Shown: piece after piece, positions 39,751-54,209 of the stretch
Layout of the letters: every line of letters starts with the position of its first letter
How positions within the stretch are numbered: position 1 is the stretch's first letter
Assembly: GCF_001194135.2 (NCBI RefSeq)
Contig: NC_068999.1
Span: forward strand, 54,372,715 to 54,436,714
Reading direction: 5' to 3'
DNA: 64,000 nt
From: Octopus bimaculoides
Taxonomy: Eukaryota
The notes under the pieces: model-generated
The model's database searches: none
Told to the model about the DNA's origin: nothing
Seen by the model: the letters and a program-made list of their open reading frames with translations, nothing else
Program-made: the position numbers and the translations under genes

Positions 39751-40200
39751 ACAAGACAACCAATTTTGATCCATTCTGGCAGCTCCACACAAACTAACAT
39801 GACCTCCAGTGGAACTAACACACGTATTGTAACCCCATCAGGTGGAATGGCTCGCACACAAGGTCCCGGTCAAAACAAACTTGTAATTGTCACTCCTCCA
39901 ACCCGTCCAACAGGAATGGGTGTACAGACGTCTTGTTTCACTAGTGGCAGCAGCAATACATCTACGCCTACAATTGTGAAATTAGTCACAGCACCAAATA
40001 CAAGCTCCAACAGTTCAAAGATTGTTGTCATGTCAGTTCCTTCAGGTGCAAATTCAAACTCACAAACTTGCTCTACCATAATGCAAACAAACAGCACAAG
40101 TACAGCACCAGTTTCCACCACAACTCATGATATGGGCATGAAAAGTATTTTCAGTGCTACACCATCAATCGCTATTAAGAAAGACTCCAACAGCCCATAA
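39751..40200 (+). CDS. TAF6: TAF6 last coding exon (S/T-rich tail, TAA at 40198-40200)
   Basis: tttcacag acceptor, in frame, contains IVKLV; AATAAA at 40535-40540. Confidence 0.88.
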   Translation, partial: TRQPILIHSGSSTQTNMTSSGTNTRIVTPSGGMARTQGPGQNKLVIVTPPTRPTGMGVQTSCFTSGSSNTSTPTIVKLVTAPNTSSNSSKIVVMSVPSGANSNSQTCSTIMQTNSTSTAPVSTTTHDMGMKSIFSATPSIAIKKDSNSP

Positions 40201-43200
40201 AGGTTATATTCTTGCTGCCACAAAACGTTATCAAATAATTATTTTTGATTGACTGTTGTTCCTGATGCTATTAAGACAGACTTTGGACAGTCCTGAAAGA
40301 ATCTTTTCAAGATAAGTGGAGAAAAAAAATGTCCATTTTAATACCCAGTTTTTACGGACTGTGGTGCTTTGAGGTATTGGGGAAATTTTTATCAAGCATT
40401 TATCAAGAAATGGCTAATGACCTAACAAGTGACTATTGAGGCATTCAGTCAATTCAATCATTTCATGCTACAATTAGACAAATTAAATGGTTTCAAAGAC
40501 ATGTTGTAGGAGAAGAGAAATTTTATGCAATCCAAATAAAAACCATTTTCAGTCTTCAACAAATATTTTCAGGTGTACTCTGAAAAATTTATTTCTTTGT
40601 TGTGGTTTATTAATTATATTTTAGTAAAGCAGTTTGGTACCTCTTGGTCTTCTTTGAGATGTTTCTCTAAGATAGAATATTACAGCTTGTGCCGTTCTAT
40701 TTTTTATATACATCATGAATATTATACACACTGGTATTTTAACTTAAGGCTATTTCAAATGTGTATATTGATTTAAGTGTAACCTTGTTAGCTGTATTTA
40801 CCGATTTCTGCATCAGAACAAGCATTTTTTGCTTAACTCAAAATGCCTGAGGAGACACTGTGTCTAACATTCTACCAATGTTCTGAACAAAGCCCTGTTT
40901 TTTTTAACATGAGTTTTTTTTTTTTTTAGATGTTTCTGAAACAAAATTGTTTTCATATTTACATTCCCAATGAATATAAGAAAAAAATGATCTTATACTT
41001 TAAAAATAGGTAAAGGGCTGGTGACAGGAAGAGTAACCAGCCACAAAATACTGCTTAGAAAAGTGGACATAAAATCTACAAAATTCTAATCACAAGGCAT
41101 TGCTCAGGTAGATAAAATTATAGATTACTAATTCAAATATCAAATGTGTATTCATACCCCACTATAAGTTTCTGAGTTTATTTCAGTGTAGGATACTTAA
41201 ATTTTTATAATCTCACTTCATCCAGCTTTGAGGAGTGAGTACCATTTGCAATGGACAGGTAACATATCCAGAGAGAGAGAGAAGTTTATCTCTTGTCCAC
41301 TTAACATTATTTAACTTGGATCCAATATTGAATTTTAGTAACTTTTGGAGACTTTATCCCTATGTATATAGGAGTAACACACTGTAGGCCACTGCTGAAT
41401 ACTTTGTCCTAACAGATTTCACTTTCTTATCAGGTGGTCTCAGTGCTTGGCATCATGGCCAAGTGTCCTCTTTCATAGCTTTGGGTCAACTACTGAGAGG
41501 AAGAGATGGACAGAAACCATGTGGTAAACCCATTACCCTATCATATCTTCACCATCTTTCTTTCTTTTCCAACTATGGTAACCTTGAATCTCCCCTAGAG
41601 CAAGATACCTGTTCCTGTCCTTCTATGATAATTTAGCCCCTAATCACCTGGCTAGCATGAAGACTGCTGCCATTTTAGGGAGTAGTATTAAGGACATAAA
41701 GCTCTCAATGTTACTGCCACCTCAGTTAAGGGATCTTTTCTTGCAAGTTACTTGGTGACCTCACTATTGCTGGTACCACATAAAAGCACACAGTACACTC
41801 TGCAAAGTGGTTGGCAACAGGAAGGGTATGATGATGATGATGATGATGGTAGCGGTGGCAAGGAGGAGGATGGTGATTGGGGGTAGGATATTCTGCAACT
41901 TGACCTTCCCTGCACTTCTTGAATACTGGGAACTGTAAAACTTAAGAATTAATCACCTTATCTATCTGACTTGTTGATTTTTTTACCCATGGGTCAGCTC
42001 TGAATACACTCTTGGTCAGTGACATTCCAGTCATGACCATCCTTTTTTTTTCTCCTTACCAGTAATATATCTCTCAGTATTCAATATCTGATATGGACTT
42101 GATTTTTGAGTAGGTAGAGTGTGATTTGACATGAGATTTTACTGCTATATCTAGCAAATCAAGTCACCAAGTAGTAGTTCTGATTGACTACTAGGCTAAA
42201 ATTTTCGTGCCAGTGACATGTAAAAGGCACCTAGTACAATCTAAAGAGCAGTTGGCATTAGGAAGGGCATCCAAATGTAGAAACCAAGTCAAAACAGACT
42301 GGTGCATGGTGCAGCTCTCTGGCTTATCATTTCCAGTCAAATCATCTAACCCATGCCAGCATGGAAAACAGATATTAAATGATGATGATGATTTTTTTTT
42401 CAACAGATCTATGGAAATATAGACTATATAGCCTTCATCTTCAGAATCATTATAAAGTCCTTGTACAATTTCAGATTTACAAAACTCTATTTCTATATAA
42501 GTGATAAAAGTAATCTGTGAAAAGGATAAATGAAATAATTTATTACATTTTTAGAGAGATTTATTCTCGAGATTGTTAATTTTCATTGTGATGTAATGTT
42601 AATGCTCTAGAAATGTATTTGTAATCTGTAGCAGATTAGTTACACTTGCCCAAAGGACTTATATAGAATGTTGTTTAGCTGAACCAAACAGCTGTTTTTA
42701 TATTGCCTCATGAGTTAAAATTATTTAGGTACCATGGGCAAGTGTCTTTTACTATAGCCTTGGTGTAACCAAAGCCTTGTGAGTGGATTTGGTAGACGGA
42801 AACTGAAAGCTCATCATGTGTGTATTATCATCATCGTTATCATCAGCATCCAATAAGCCTTGCACAGTACCTCACAGACCCATTCCACCCTACTGGCATG
42901 ATCCGGAGACAAGCCAGGGCAAGACATCCAGTGCCGATATGGTTCACAGGCTTAGGGAAGTGGAAGATCCATGATCTCAAGCACAAGCAAAAGAATCCCC
43001 TAAATGTTCAATGCCATTCCCTGCATATCAGGTTTTATATCAGAGTGATCTTCTAGAGACATGCTTTCACAAAAGCTAAAGTGTACCTAACTCACAGTGG
43101 TCCTCCAGCATGCTGGACACGAACACAGGATTTCTTAGGACCTATGCTATTGCTAGATAGTCGTTGAACATATACTAGGTTCATCCATCCTTTTGACAGG

Positions 43201-43681
43201 TCTTGCTTTTAATTCTGCTGGGTTTCTAGCAACCCTCCTCACCAGGCAAGCCTTGTGGAAGTGGGAGTTTAGTCATCAACAGCCCAGCTATGTAACAAGT
43301 TGTACTGGATTACATACACACTCACAAAAAAAACTATTGGGTTAATATAAAGATCTTCATCCGTTAATAAAAAAAAAGAAAGAAAAACAGCCTGCTGGGT
43401 GTTAACAACTGTGGAGAAAACGAATATGACAAAAGAAATTTGCGCAAACGAACCTGGGAGGTGGGGAGAGGACTTTCGGAAAATTCACAAGATCTGATTT
43501 TTCGTCATAATTTTCGGGTAAATGGATATATATTGATTTTTTTTTTATGGAATCCCACGTTTTTGGTTATGGAGGATCCGATTCTGAAAAATAAAATTTC
43601 AAAAATCGCATTTTCAAATTTTCAATTCTCCGGCCTTGGCCTTCAAGCAAGCTATCCACATGCTAGAAATAACAGCCAAAC

Positions 43682-44104
43682 CTCACAAAACTGCGATAAT
43701 ATAATGAAAGGAATATGTAATCAATCTCCTCACCTTTCTGCAAAGATTTCTTTCAGAGTAATTTCCCGCAGTAATATAAANNNNNNNNNNNNNNNNNNNN
43801 NNNNNNNNNNNNNNNNNNNNNNNNNNNNNNNNNNNNNNNNNNNNNNNNNNNNNNNNNNNNNNNNNNNNNNNNNNNNNNNNNNNNNNNNNNNNNNNNNNNN
43901 NNNNNNNNNNNNNNNNNNNNNNNNNNNNNNNNNNNNNNNNNNNNNNNNNNNNNCTGTCTAAAATTCAAAATGAACGGTTTTGTCTGTTTCTGCATGCATT
44001 ATAGTGAAACAGCAAAAGGGTCGCGGCAGTGCCCGGTCACTAAAACGAAAAAAAACCCCAGTCTAATAGGTAGGTGTTCATTATGTTATCGCAGTTTTTG
44101 TGAG
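43682..44104. mobile_element. Probable TIR element spanning an assembly gap
   Basis: ctcacaaaactgcgataatataatgaa (43682-43708) is inverted at 44078-44104. Confidence 0.55.
43781..43953. other. Assembly gap (173 N)
   Basis: Run of N. Confidence 0.99.
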
Positions 44105-46329
44105 ATATAGGCGCAGGCATGGTAAGAAGCTTGCTTCCCAACCACATGATTCCAGGTTCAGTCCCACTGCCTTTGTTCCCCCCCCCCACTATCGCTTGGC
44201 AACTGATGTTGGTGTGTTTACGTTCCCGTTATCTAGCGGTTCGGCTAAAGAGACCGATAGAATAAGTAAGTACTAGGCTTACAAAATTAAGTCCTGGGGT
44301 CGATTTGTTCGACTAAAAGCGTTGCTCCAGCATGGCCGCAATCAACTGACTGAAACAAGTAAAAGAATAAAAGAATGTGTGTGTGTGTGCGCGCGCGCAT
44401 ACACTCGATAGGGTTCTGTTGGGATGAAAAAAAAATCAGAGACTAACGGTCATTGCCCCCAATTTCTCATCAGTTTTAAACTTCTGACATCATACTGCCA
44501 TGAATGAAATTTGCTGCGCGTCTATCATATTTCAATGCTTTTTTCACTTCATATTTTATTTTAATAGTTCTTTCGTTCGTTTTAACTATCATAGCCTAAG
44601 GATCAACGTCTTATCTGTCAATCTATACATACATACAGACACACATTGAACTAAAGGGTGGGGTTTCTTTCACTATTATGAAATATTACCAGAGTATAGT
44701 TAAAAATGCAGTCCTGAATCAGTTTTTTATTTCTTTCTCCAAAAACTGGTATCATCGTTTGCTTAAGCGTTTATCTCTCACATCTTACAAATATCGAAAC
44801 AACAAACGAATCTAGAAATAGCAGCCAATTTCCCATCAAACCATAGCTTACTGTTTAAAAGAAACAAAAAACACATTGGACAATTGTTGTCCGACTTCCC
44901 CTGAAACAAAAATGGTAATAAAAAGACGGTATGGTCATGGCGAGAATATTAGGATTGACTTAGGGTTAAATATCATCTATATTGTCGACGAATCTCAGGT
45001 GACCTTTTGCTTGTTTCAGCTATTAGACTGCGGCCATGCTGGGATACCGCCTTGTGAAATTTTAGTCGAATTTTTTAAAGCCTGGTACTTAGTCTATTTG
45101 TCTTTTTTGCTGAGCCGTTAAGTTACGAGGACGTAAACACACCAACACCGGTTGTCAAGTGGTGGTAGGGAACAAACACGTTGATATATACATATATAAC
45201 AAGCTTGTTTCAATTTCTGTCTACCAAATCCACTCACAAGGCTTTGGTCGGCCCAAGGCTATTGTGGAAGGCAACTATCCAAGGTACCATATAGTGGCAT
45301 TGAACCCAGAATTATGTGATTGGAAAGCTAAATTCTTACCACACAACCACCCCTACTAGTGGGTTCCTGTTGCTTTCTTTACTTGACAAGTTTGATAAGT
45401 GTCATGGAGTTTTCGTGGGAGAATATAAAGGCGGCTTTCCATTACTTTCATTCAACTATATAGATATGGTCGCAGCAACTGCCTAGGTATTCAAAATTTA
45501 ATACAAATACAGCGAAGTATTTTCCCCAATCTATCGCACCTACACGGTACTTAATTTTATCGACTCCGGAAAGATTAAAAGCTGAGTTAATACTGGAGTG
45601 GAGTCCAACTCAGAAATGCCGCGAAGTATTTTGTCCGGCACTCTGACAATTCTGCTACTTCGTAGCTCGTGTCAAATTATAAATGCCATTTTTGTTTAGT
45701 TCTCGATTATTTTCAACATAAGCGACAATTATAAAAAATACATAATTACGATTACTATGTACATTATACTTTGCACACTGCTAATATTCTAATCACCAAC
45801 AGATCTAGAAAAGGTGAAAAGACTTCTATATTAATTAACCATATTTAAATAAATTTCTTTCCTTTCTAGAAGAGCGTTAAACGGAGGAATGAGGAAGAAA
45901 AAAATCATTAACAGCGATTACTCAACACTAATTATGCAGAAAAAATTTTATATAACTAGTGTCGGCTGTTAAAAGCAAAAAAAATGTGAAGATTAAAAGA
46001 TTTCATTTCGAACGTTGTACAATGTTATGCCGATGAGTTCCCTAAGATAGAATTAAATATGACGGCGAGATGGTTGAGTAATACGTGACCCGGCTTCTTA
46101 GTTTTCAGTAATTTTAATTCGTTCGTAAGTCGCGTAAGAAAAGTACAAACAGATTCTTTCCTATTTGTCCGCCTTATAAATTTCAAGGGAAAAAACAAAA
46201 CGTAAAGCCTGAGAACAATATGATGTCAACGCCACGACATAATAATCGTCGGCACATTTAATGAAAATACTAGACTTTCAGCGATTGTGAATGTATTTGG
46301 AACAGTTGCAGGTACCAGTATTTATACTA

Positions 46330-46405
46330 TTCATCCACGTGACTACCCCCTTGAGGCCGCCTTAACCAATGAAATGTTGACGTTCAACCTAACCGGAAGT
46401 CAGTA
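46330..46405 (+). promoter_or_regulatory. Putative eIF4A core promoter
   Basis: E-box CACGTG 46336-46341, CCAAT 46366-46370 and ETS motif CCGGAAGT 46393-46400 in a CpG-enriched region just upstream of a strong donor. Confidence 0.6.
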
Positions 46406-46471
46406 ATTGTTCCACTCGGACATAACAGTACCTCTGTAATTGAGAAAAAAACAACTGACAAAGTGAACAAT
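46405..46471 (+). other. eIF4A: Putative eIF4A exon 1 (5'UTR plus the first two bases, AT, of the start codon)
   Basis: aacaAT|GTGAGT donor at 46471/46472; in-frame TGA at 46464-46466 excludes an earlier start. Exon start is approximate. Confidence 0.65.
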
Positions 46472-49084
46472 GTGAGTATTCTAATTGATATTGTTGTTAT
46501 TACCATCATCAATTGCATATTAGTTTTTCTACAAGGATCTTTATTACTGTAATGATTTGAGCTTAATTTGATTAGCCGCTAATTTATCCCAGGTATTATG
46601 TTGTTATTGTCTGAAAAGAAGCACTTGTTTCACTCCCCACCGACGCATATTCATCTGCTGTTGCTCCTCATGTCGACATTGATCAACGACTGACATATAT
46701 TGTATAGCTTAGCACTTACGAAATATATAGACATGTATGTGTTTGTGTGTTCGGCAACATTCAAGTTTTTTTTAAATTTTTATTATTCTTTCTATGTCTC
46801 GTCTCAAATTATTATTTTGTAATGTAGTAGTAGTATTATTTTGTATTATTTTGTAATCATAATTGTAGTCGGAGGTCGACTTCGCCTTTTATCCTTGCGA
46901 GATAAGGTATCGTTAACATTAATTACTAGGGTCGATTTATATCAGCAATGTCCCTCCCCACATGTTCGAGTGTTACAAATCATTAGACGTATCAATCATG
47001 TACTGATGACTCATCCATGGTAAATTATCCCGTGTAATATCCTTTACTCTGTCGGCATCACCAACCATAGACACACACTTATATACTATATATATTGCCG
47101 GAAAGAACGCAGAAAAATCGAGAAACTCGGAGTGAATGAGCAATTAAATACACGAAAAGATGTATATTTAAGAGTAGATATACTCGATTGAACTGAATTG
47201 CTACCCTAGTATTTTACTACTAACCTATATTATCGATCCTTTTTGAAAGAAATGAGCCAAGTCGTTTCCCGGTAGTTGGAATACCGGTCCAGTTAGTCGA
47301 ATAGAAACATCTGGTTCGACGCTCCTGTCTTATACGACTCTGATTTTTTTTTCTTCAAAACGTGATATTAGACTCAAACTTCCGACTGAATAATAACTTG
47401 TGTACAATTGTTTGTATTAATATTTTTTAGACCCTGATCTACTACATATTGTCAAAAATGTTCAAGCCTTGGACATTTCGTTCTTCTCGCTCCCTCAAAC
47501 CTCTGAGAGGTATAATGTATCTAGGACTACATTATCTAATATGTCCTTATTAACGACAGTAATATGTTATTTGAAGGAAATTTAACTGATACTTTTTTTA
47601 ATGGTGATCGACCACTTAAAGAAGTCTCTTTCGTTGGGTGTTAGTTAAGTCGATTGGTGGAGGATAAAGAAATCATGACGATTGTGGCTATGAATTGCTG
47701 AGGGTGATTGCAAATAATTGACATTCATGTGTTTCCCAAATACAATGACATTTTACGAAGTCTTTATTAGTTATTACGATTCTGTTGGTTATTTTTAACT
47801 AGTAAGTCTGATTCTGTAAGCTGTTCTGTGTCAAAGCTGGCCTTTATCCCCAAGATGGCTAATCATTCAATCATGAGATATGATTGTGCAAACCTTGTCC
47901 CGTGCATACTTACTTATTTAGCCTCTAGTTTCTCATTATTTATTACTTTTTTATTTACGTTTTATGTGTTAATTAAAGCTATTAAATTGTTACTAGAACT
48001 TAATTTCGAGAAAAGCATGAAAGCCACATATCGTTTCCCATCGTCTCCCGCCTATCACTTCGAAGCTTTGTGTGCTTTAGTAAGGAAGCATTTATGTAAT
48101 ATTGTTAGTAAAACGTAGCATTTTTATGGTATTATCAGTCTGAGTGTCAAAGATGATTGAGTATGAAAGTAAGTCGAGCATCGCAAACCTGCTTCGATTC
48201 TCTTCTGAAATTAATCCATTTACACAGTTAATAATCCATATAATCACCTTTTTACGTCCGCTTTTCATGACGTGTAATATGTTTAATGTATACATTTAAA
48301 AATAAAATTAACTTGAAGGATCTTGCGCGTATGCGTCTAACATTTGTAGTATATCTAATGTACTACATACACATCGATACTTTTACCTACGCAATATACC
48401 CATTGAAAAAGACATTGAGATTTTACATTTTCGTCCAGTTAATAGTATATTGTAATATTCGTTCTTGTTCTCTGAGATATTGTGAACGTGTGGCATGAAC
48501 CGAGTAGCCAAACCGGTAACATAACCCACCCAAGCATGTCTATTAAAAGATAAACGCGGGAGAGAGGCAGGCAAGACATGTGTATATTGAGATTAAACCG
48601 CGGGAAATATTCTTTTATTGGATATGATCATTGTATTGTGGCCATGCTAGAACACCGCCTTCTTAGGACACAGTTGCTAATATCCACCCTGAGCCGGCAG
48701 AAACGTCAGCACGCCGGGTTAAATGCTTAGCAGTTAAGTACCAGTTGCGTACTGAAGTCGATCTAATCGACTGGTCCCCTCCCCCCAAATTTCGGGCCTT
48801 GTACCTAAAGTAGAAAATATATATACGTAGTGACCGTGTAGTTAAGAAGTTCGCTTCTCGACCACGTGGTTTTCGACTTCATCCAAATGCACAGTATTAT
48901 TTGACCAATCACTTGTAGGTGGAATATCGTTGACAGAAACACTATATGGTCATTTGTACTAATCGGTACGTTCGACTGTCCCTTTGCTTCGAAAGGTAAT
49001 CATTCGATGAACTAACTCCTAGTGTTACATATGGTGGACTAAAAAAAAAAGCTCTTGAATACAATATCCCAGTATGGCCGCAAC

Positions 49085-49137
49085 CCTAAGACCTAATCGG
49101 TTATATATATATATATGTGTATATATATATATATGTG

Positions 49138-49221
<84 letters not shown>

Positions 49222-49240
49222 CATACATACACACACACAT
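49085..49240. repeat. Long (TA)n microsatellite
   Basis: Direct reading. Confidence 0.97.
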
Positions 49241-51153
49241 AGAGAGAAAGGCTTGCATGACTAAAAATTGGAAAGTGTATGAACAAAACCTTTGGTCCTG
49301 TAGCCACTTGTAACTTTCTGCCGATTAAAAATAAGAAAAAAAGGTGTGTTTGTGTGTTAAGACATTTACTTCCCAACTACATTGTTCCGAATTCAGTCCC
49401 ACTGCGTGACAACTTGGGCAAGTGTCTTCTGTAGCTTCGGGCCGAATAAAATCTAAGAGTAGATTTGGTCAACGGAAAGAAGTCCGTCATGTGTGTCTTT
49501 ATATCTGTTTACCCCACCACCACTTGACAACCGGTGTTTGTGTGTTTACGTCCTCGTGACTTAGCGGGTCTGCAAGAGAGCAATAGAATAAGTACCAGGG
49601 TTTTAAAAAATACTGGAGTCAGTTCTTCGCTCGACTAAAAATTCCTCAAGACTGTTCCAACGTGGTGACACTTGTTTCGCCTGTTTAAACCTCGAGACAT
49701 GCGGCTCCTGGTTATAAAACAATGATGATTCCACACTAGATCCTAGCATATATGTGTGCGTGTAGTTATTTTTATAAGATCCTCCCCATTCTATATGCAA
49801 CTAGAACGAAAGTCAGAGAAAATCTAGATGTTTCTATGACTTACTAGGCATAGAGAAGCAACTACAACAGTTACAATGATTAATTTGCTCCAAATACAAC
49901 CAAATTTTTACTTTCTCCATAAAGGAATTAACAAAATAATTTTAAAAAATTTCTATTCGGTTCTTTGTACTTTGCTTCGCATATTTATTATGGGAAATAG
50001 TTTTGTTTGTTTTTATTTTAGCCCCCTGGTAGGTCCTGATCGAGCAGGCCTGTAATCCCAGGCGTTCCAGTCAGTCCTTTTATTTTATTTTATTTTATTT
50101 ATTTATTTTTTGAGGATATTGTGTAATATAGGGAAAATTCGCTGCTATTTGTATCGGGTCGTGCGACCCCACAGGCTTGGTATGGAAAGAAAGAGTTTAG
50201 TTGGGTGGGATGTTTGGCTTTGTCTATTCACTTATTCGTACAAAATAGAGAGGTGGATACGTTGAATGTTCTCTAATGATTTTTGTTTGATCAGTTTTGG
50301 CGGTTGTGTAGTAGTAAATTGGTTTATTCAATGGGGAAGGGATAAAATAGTTTTTTAATGACTTGTCATGTGGAACGCCTAAATACTGACCGACATTGTT
50401 GACCTTTCAGTGGGAAGTAGTATATTTTCTTGGTAAAACAGTTATCACAGAACGACTACGTTTCTGTGAACTAATTCCATTTCGGAAAGGCATGAATGTC
50501 ATAAACTCCTGTATACCCTAAATTCTCAAATTGTTTGCCTTTGCGAGAAACAGTGTAACTAAACTGCATCTTCAACATACATGTTCCTTTGCATTCATGC
50601 ATAATCGATTAATTTACATATATTCTTAGGCTTACAGATGAAGCTAAATGCTATTTTGTTTTAAGTAAAATAAGATTTAGGACCATTTTGCATAATATTT
50701 GAGTTTCTTATTGAGTGTAAATCCTAAGTTGATTCTTTATTTATTTTCCATAGAAAATGTATTAGTAATATATCGACTAGGTAAGTTTTATTGTTGTTTA
50801 AATATGTTAACGATTTCATAATATTTCTGAAATATTCAGACAACTTTTTTAACATATTTCTTTTGTCGTTTCACTCCTCGGTCTACATGTGTGTGTAGAC
50901 CCCTACGTGAGCGCTTGATCTGTTAGAAAGAGCAGCTAAACATTCCACAAATTATACCCCCAATCGTCTTCAAAATTTTTAAAAAATACACATCGGATAT
51001 TGTCTTAGATACTCAGTACTTCGGAAAAGGACGAGATAGCGAGATCTGACACGGGATTACGCAGCAAACAAACCAGTTATTACATATCACCCAGTTTACA
51101 CACGTACACCAAGCTCAGGATGAAAAATTGTTTAACATTTAAAAAAAAAATAT

Positions 51154-51750
51154 TTGGATCTATTTCAAAACGGGGGCACCAGTTTTCATTTATGTTTTAT
51201 GTAGTGTTTTTGGTACCGAAAGACTTTCAAACTTCGTATACTTATCTATTTTGTGTTATAGAACAGAAAAAAAATTTTGTATTCGAATTTATTTCATGTA
51301 AAAAATTGTCTTATTTCGATAATTTCTACTAATCACTGACGTCTACTCAGTTGAAAACAGTTAGCGCTGTAACGGTGTATATCGTATTAATCCCCTAACC
51401 CTAACTCTAGAATCCGAACTCTAAAATTGTTACACACATAGATACGCACAGCGTAATTTATTATATAAACAATATATGCGTATAAATTACGATTAAACCG
51501 GATGAAATATGTCACAGGGAATAACATTTTTATGACCGCCCAGCAGTTGAATAGACGTCAGTGATTGGTTGAAATTACAGAAATACGACAACTTTAACAT
51601 GGAATAACTTGCGATGTACGTTTTTTTTTGTTAAGAAGACTAAGAGTAAAAGATGTTTTATTATTTTATATGACACAGTCTACCAGTGTCCCAAGTTTCA
51701 TAGTGTTTCGTTAAGAAAATACTGGTGCCCCCGTTTTGAAATAGATCCAA
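51154..51750. mobile_element. MITE-like element with a perfect 30-bp outer inverted repeat and an inner inverted repeat
   Basis: ttggatctatttcaaaacgggggcaccagt (51154-51183) vs 51721-51750; aatcactgacgtcta (51331-51345) vs 51552-51566. Confidence 0.8.
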
Positions 51751-54165
51751 TTATTTTTTATCACGTATGTGGCTGGAAATTAATGCTTACATCATGAATG
51801 TCATATAGTTAGTTCTTTTCTTTCTCACTCTTTTGACTATATACACACACACACACACACACTCGTTTCTTACCCTACCAACATTATATTGATAGATTCA
51901 TTACAGTGTCGGACAAAGTTCCTTTTGATTATTTGTTCCAGCTCTTTACGATCTAAATTCAAATCTTCCGATGTTTGTTAGGTAGTAATGGTCAATTTAA
52001 TCGATTGCTTCTCATCTGTGTCAATATGCAGTAGTCCAAATTCCTACCCAACTGTGGGTCTTTGGTGACTTGTGGCGCACACCAGTTCGAGTAAAACTGC
52101 TGTCACAATTGATGATATCTATTTGCAATACACACAATATGACTTAACAAAATTCACACATGCTGCGCATTCACCCCATTATACCCATTCTCTCTTCTCA
52201 AAGTGGACCCCATTGAAGCAATAATGCAAAAATAGTTTTGCATCTTGATAATAAAGTATTGCTGGTGAATATCTTCTGTGAACAAAATTAAATAAAGCTG
52301 TAAGCTATTTCATATTGCATTCTTTGGTCAAAATTGGCTGTCATTGTAATTGCAAATGAAATGTCTTTCGATATTCTTTCTGGCTTTTCATCTTTACGAT
52401 ATCTATGAAATAAAGTACCAATCCTGTTCTGTGATTGATTTTTTTTTAAAGAAATCAGTTGTGGTTTGACCTAGAAAAGTTTGGGCTCCAACAGATGTAA
52501 AATGGCCCAAAGCATGCCTTATGTCAAAACATCAACACTACAACTCCATTAGCTTAGGGCTCAAGGCAAGTTTGTGTGAAATGAAACATTAAACCCAGTG
52601 TTGCATCTTCTGCTCTATCTGTTGTTCATGTTATTAAACTGTTGATAGATCTACTTTGGTGGGAGTAAACCAAATTTTATTGGAATTATCAAAGAAATGT
52701 CATACACTTTTCACTTTGCTGCCTCATTAAGGTTTGTATTTTAAAAAAAAATTAATCAGGTGAAGCAGATGTGGTGACCTGATGTGATGGGGTGCATTGT
52801 CACTAAGCATATGTTGGCATGACTGGTTAATAATTTCACTTTGCAGTCATATAATTCTGGGTTTGACCCAGAATTGTGATACATTGGACATAGGTTTTCT
52901 ACCATAACGTTTCAACACAAGCCTTTCGAGTGCAATTAGTTATGCAGAAACTGCTGGAAGTGACAGCTATTACTAGTTATTGCTGGAGAAGAGAGACTAA
53001 ATTTACCATAGCAAGACCTGAACTCATTACTAGAAATAACAACATTACTTCCCTCAAATCACACCCTAAGGTTTTATTAGACAATATAGTCTTTGAGGCA
53101 CTTTCTAGATGATAAAAGAACAAATGGTAATTGTGTGTGTGTGTGAGATTGTAGAAAATACAACTTGATATCTATAGTCTTAAAATTTAGAAAGATTATG
53201 TTTGAGAATGAATATCAGACAAATTATCAGTGTCCAGTTTTGTTTCTCTCATCTGTCCTTAAGAAAAGTTGTGTGTATAAGGATAAATACAAAAATAGGA
53301 TATAACAGTCCACTGCTGGACATATCCCCTTTCCTGTCTGAAGGATTTTTTTTTTTTGTTGTACCAACGACCTGTTAATTTGACACTGACCAAGCACTGT
53401 CATCTGTCTTAATACTCATTTTTGCCAGCTAGGTGGACTGGTACATTGTTTTACATAACTCCAGTCTCTCCAGCTGTGTGCTAGTGCAGCCCTCTCTCCC
53501 TCCAGTTGTCACATGTTCTGCAAGATAATGAGTGGGAGGCCCAATAGAATGTCTGTGTTTATTCATAGTAACATGGACACTCTGAAAATTGCAATGAATG
53601 AAAGTATGCTACCAAATCATTTTTGATTGTAACAGCTGTAGTTACTTGCATATATGAAGTTCAGGTATTTAACATATTACATCAATTATTATTTTGTTGA
53701 AAATCACTGAAAAATACAAATGTAGTAAGTGGTGCAATTCAGTTTCTCTCTTGTGTGTATTTATCCCTTGCCACATGAAAGAATGTACAAATACAGTGAC
53801 AAAATGAATGCTCAGCTCCACTGCCTGTGGTTTTTTTCAATTGATTTTAAAAATAGGAAATTTGGATGGATTTAATAATAAAGCTAACTTTCTCATTAAG
53901 AATCTGGTGTTTGGAACAACAAAATTGTATAAATATATAATGGGAAGCTCAAATTTTGAAGAGTATTTTCAAATAGTTTGGTATTGTAGAACCAAGGTTG
54001 GTATAAAAAAGGGATATCAGTTACAATACCTTTGTGTGATCTTCAGGAAATTATAAGAGTATACTACATTTCATCATGGCACCAACACTAATGGGGTTGA
54101 CTTGTTGCTCATAAGATTAAAGAGTGAAAACTGTATTTTGTGTAATGTAAGTTAGTGTTCATATT

Positions 54166-54209
<44 letters not shown>

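Noticed and set aside
43440-43995. 173-aa and 80-aa ORFs
   Set aside because: They are open only because they run through the N gap.
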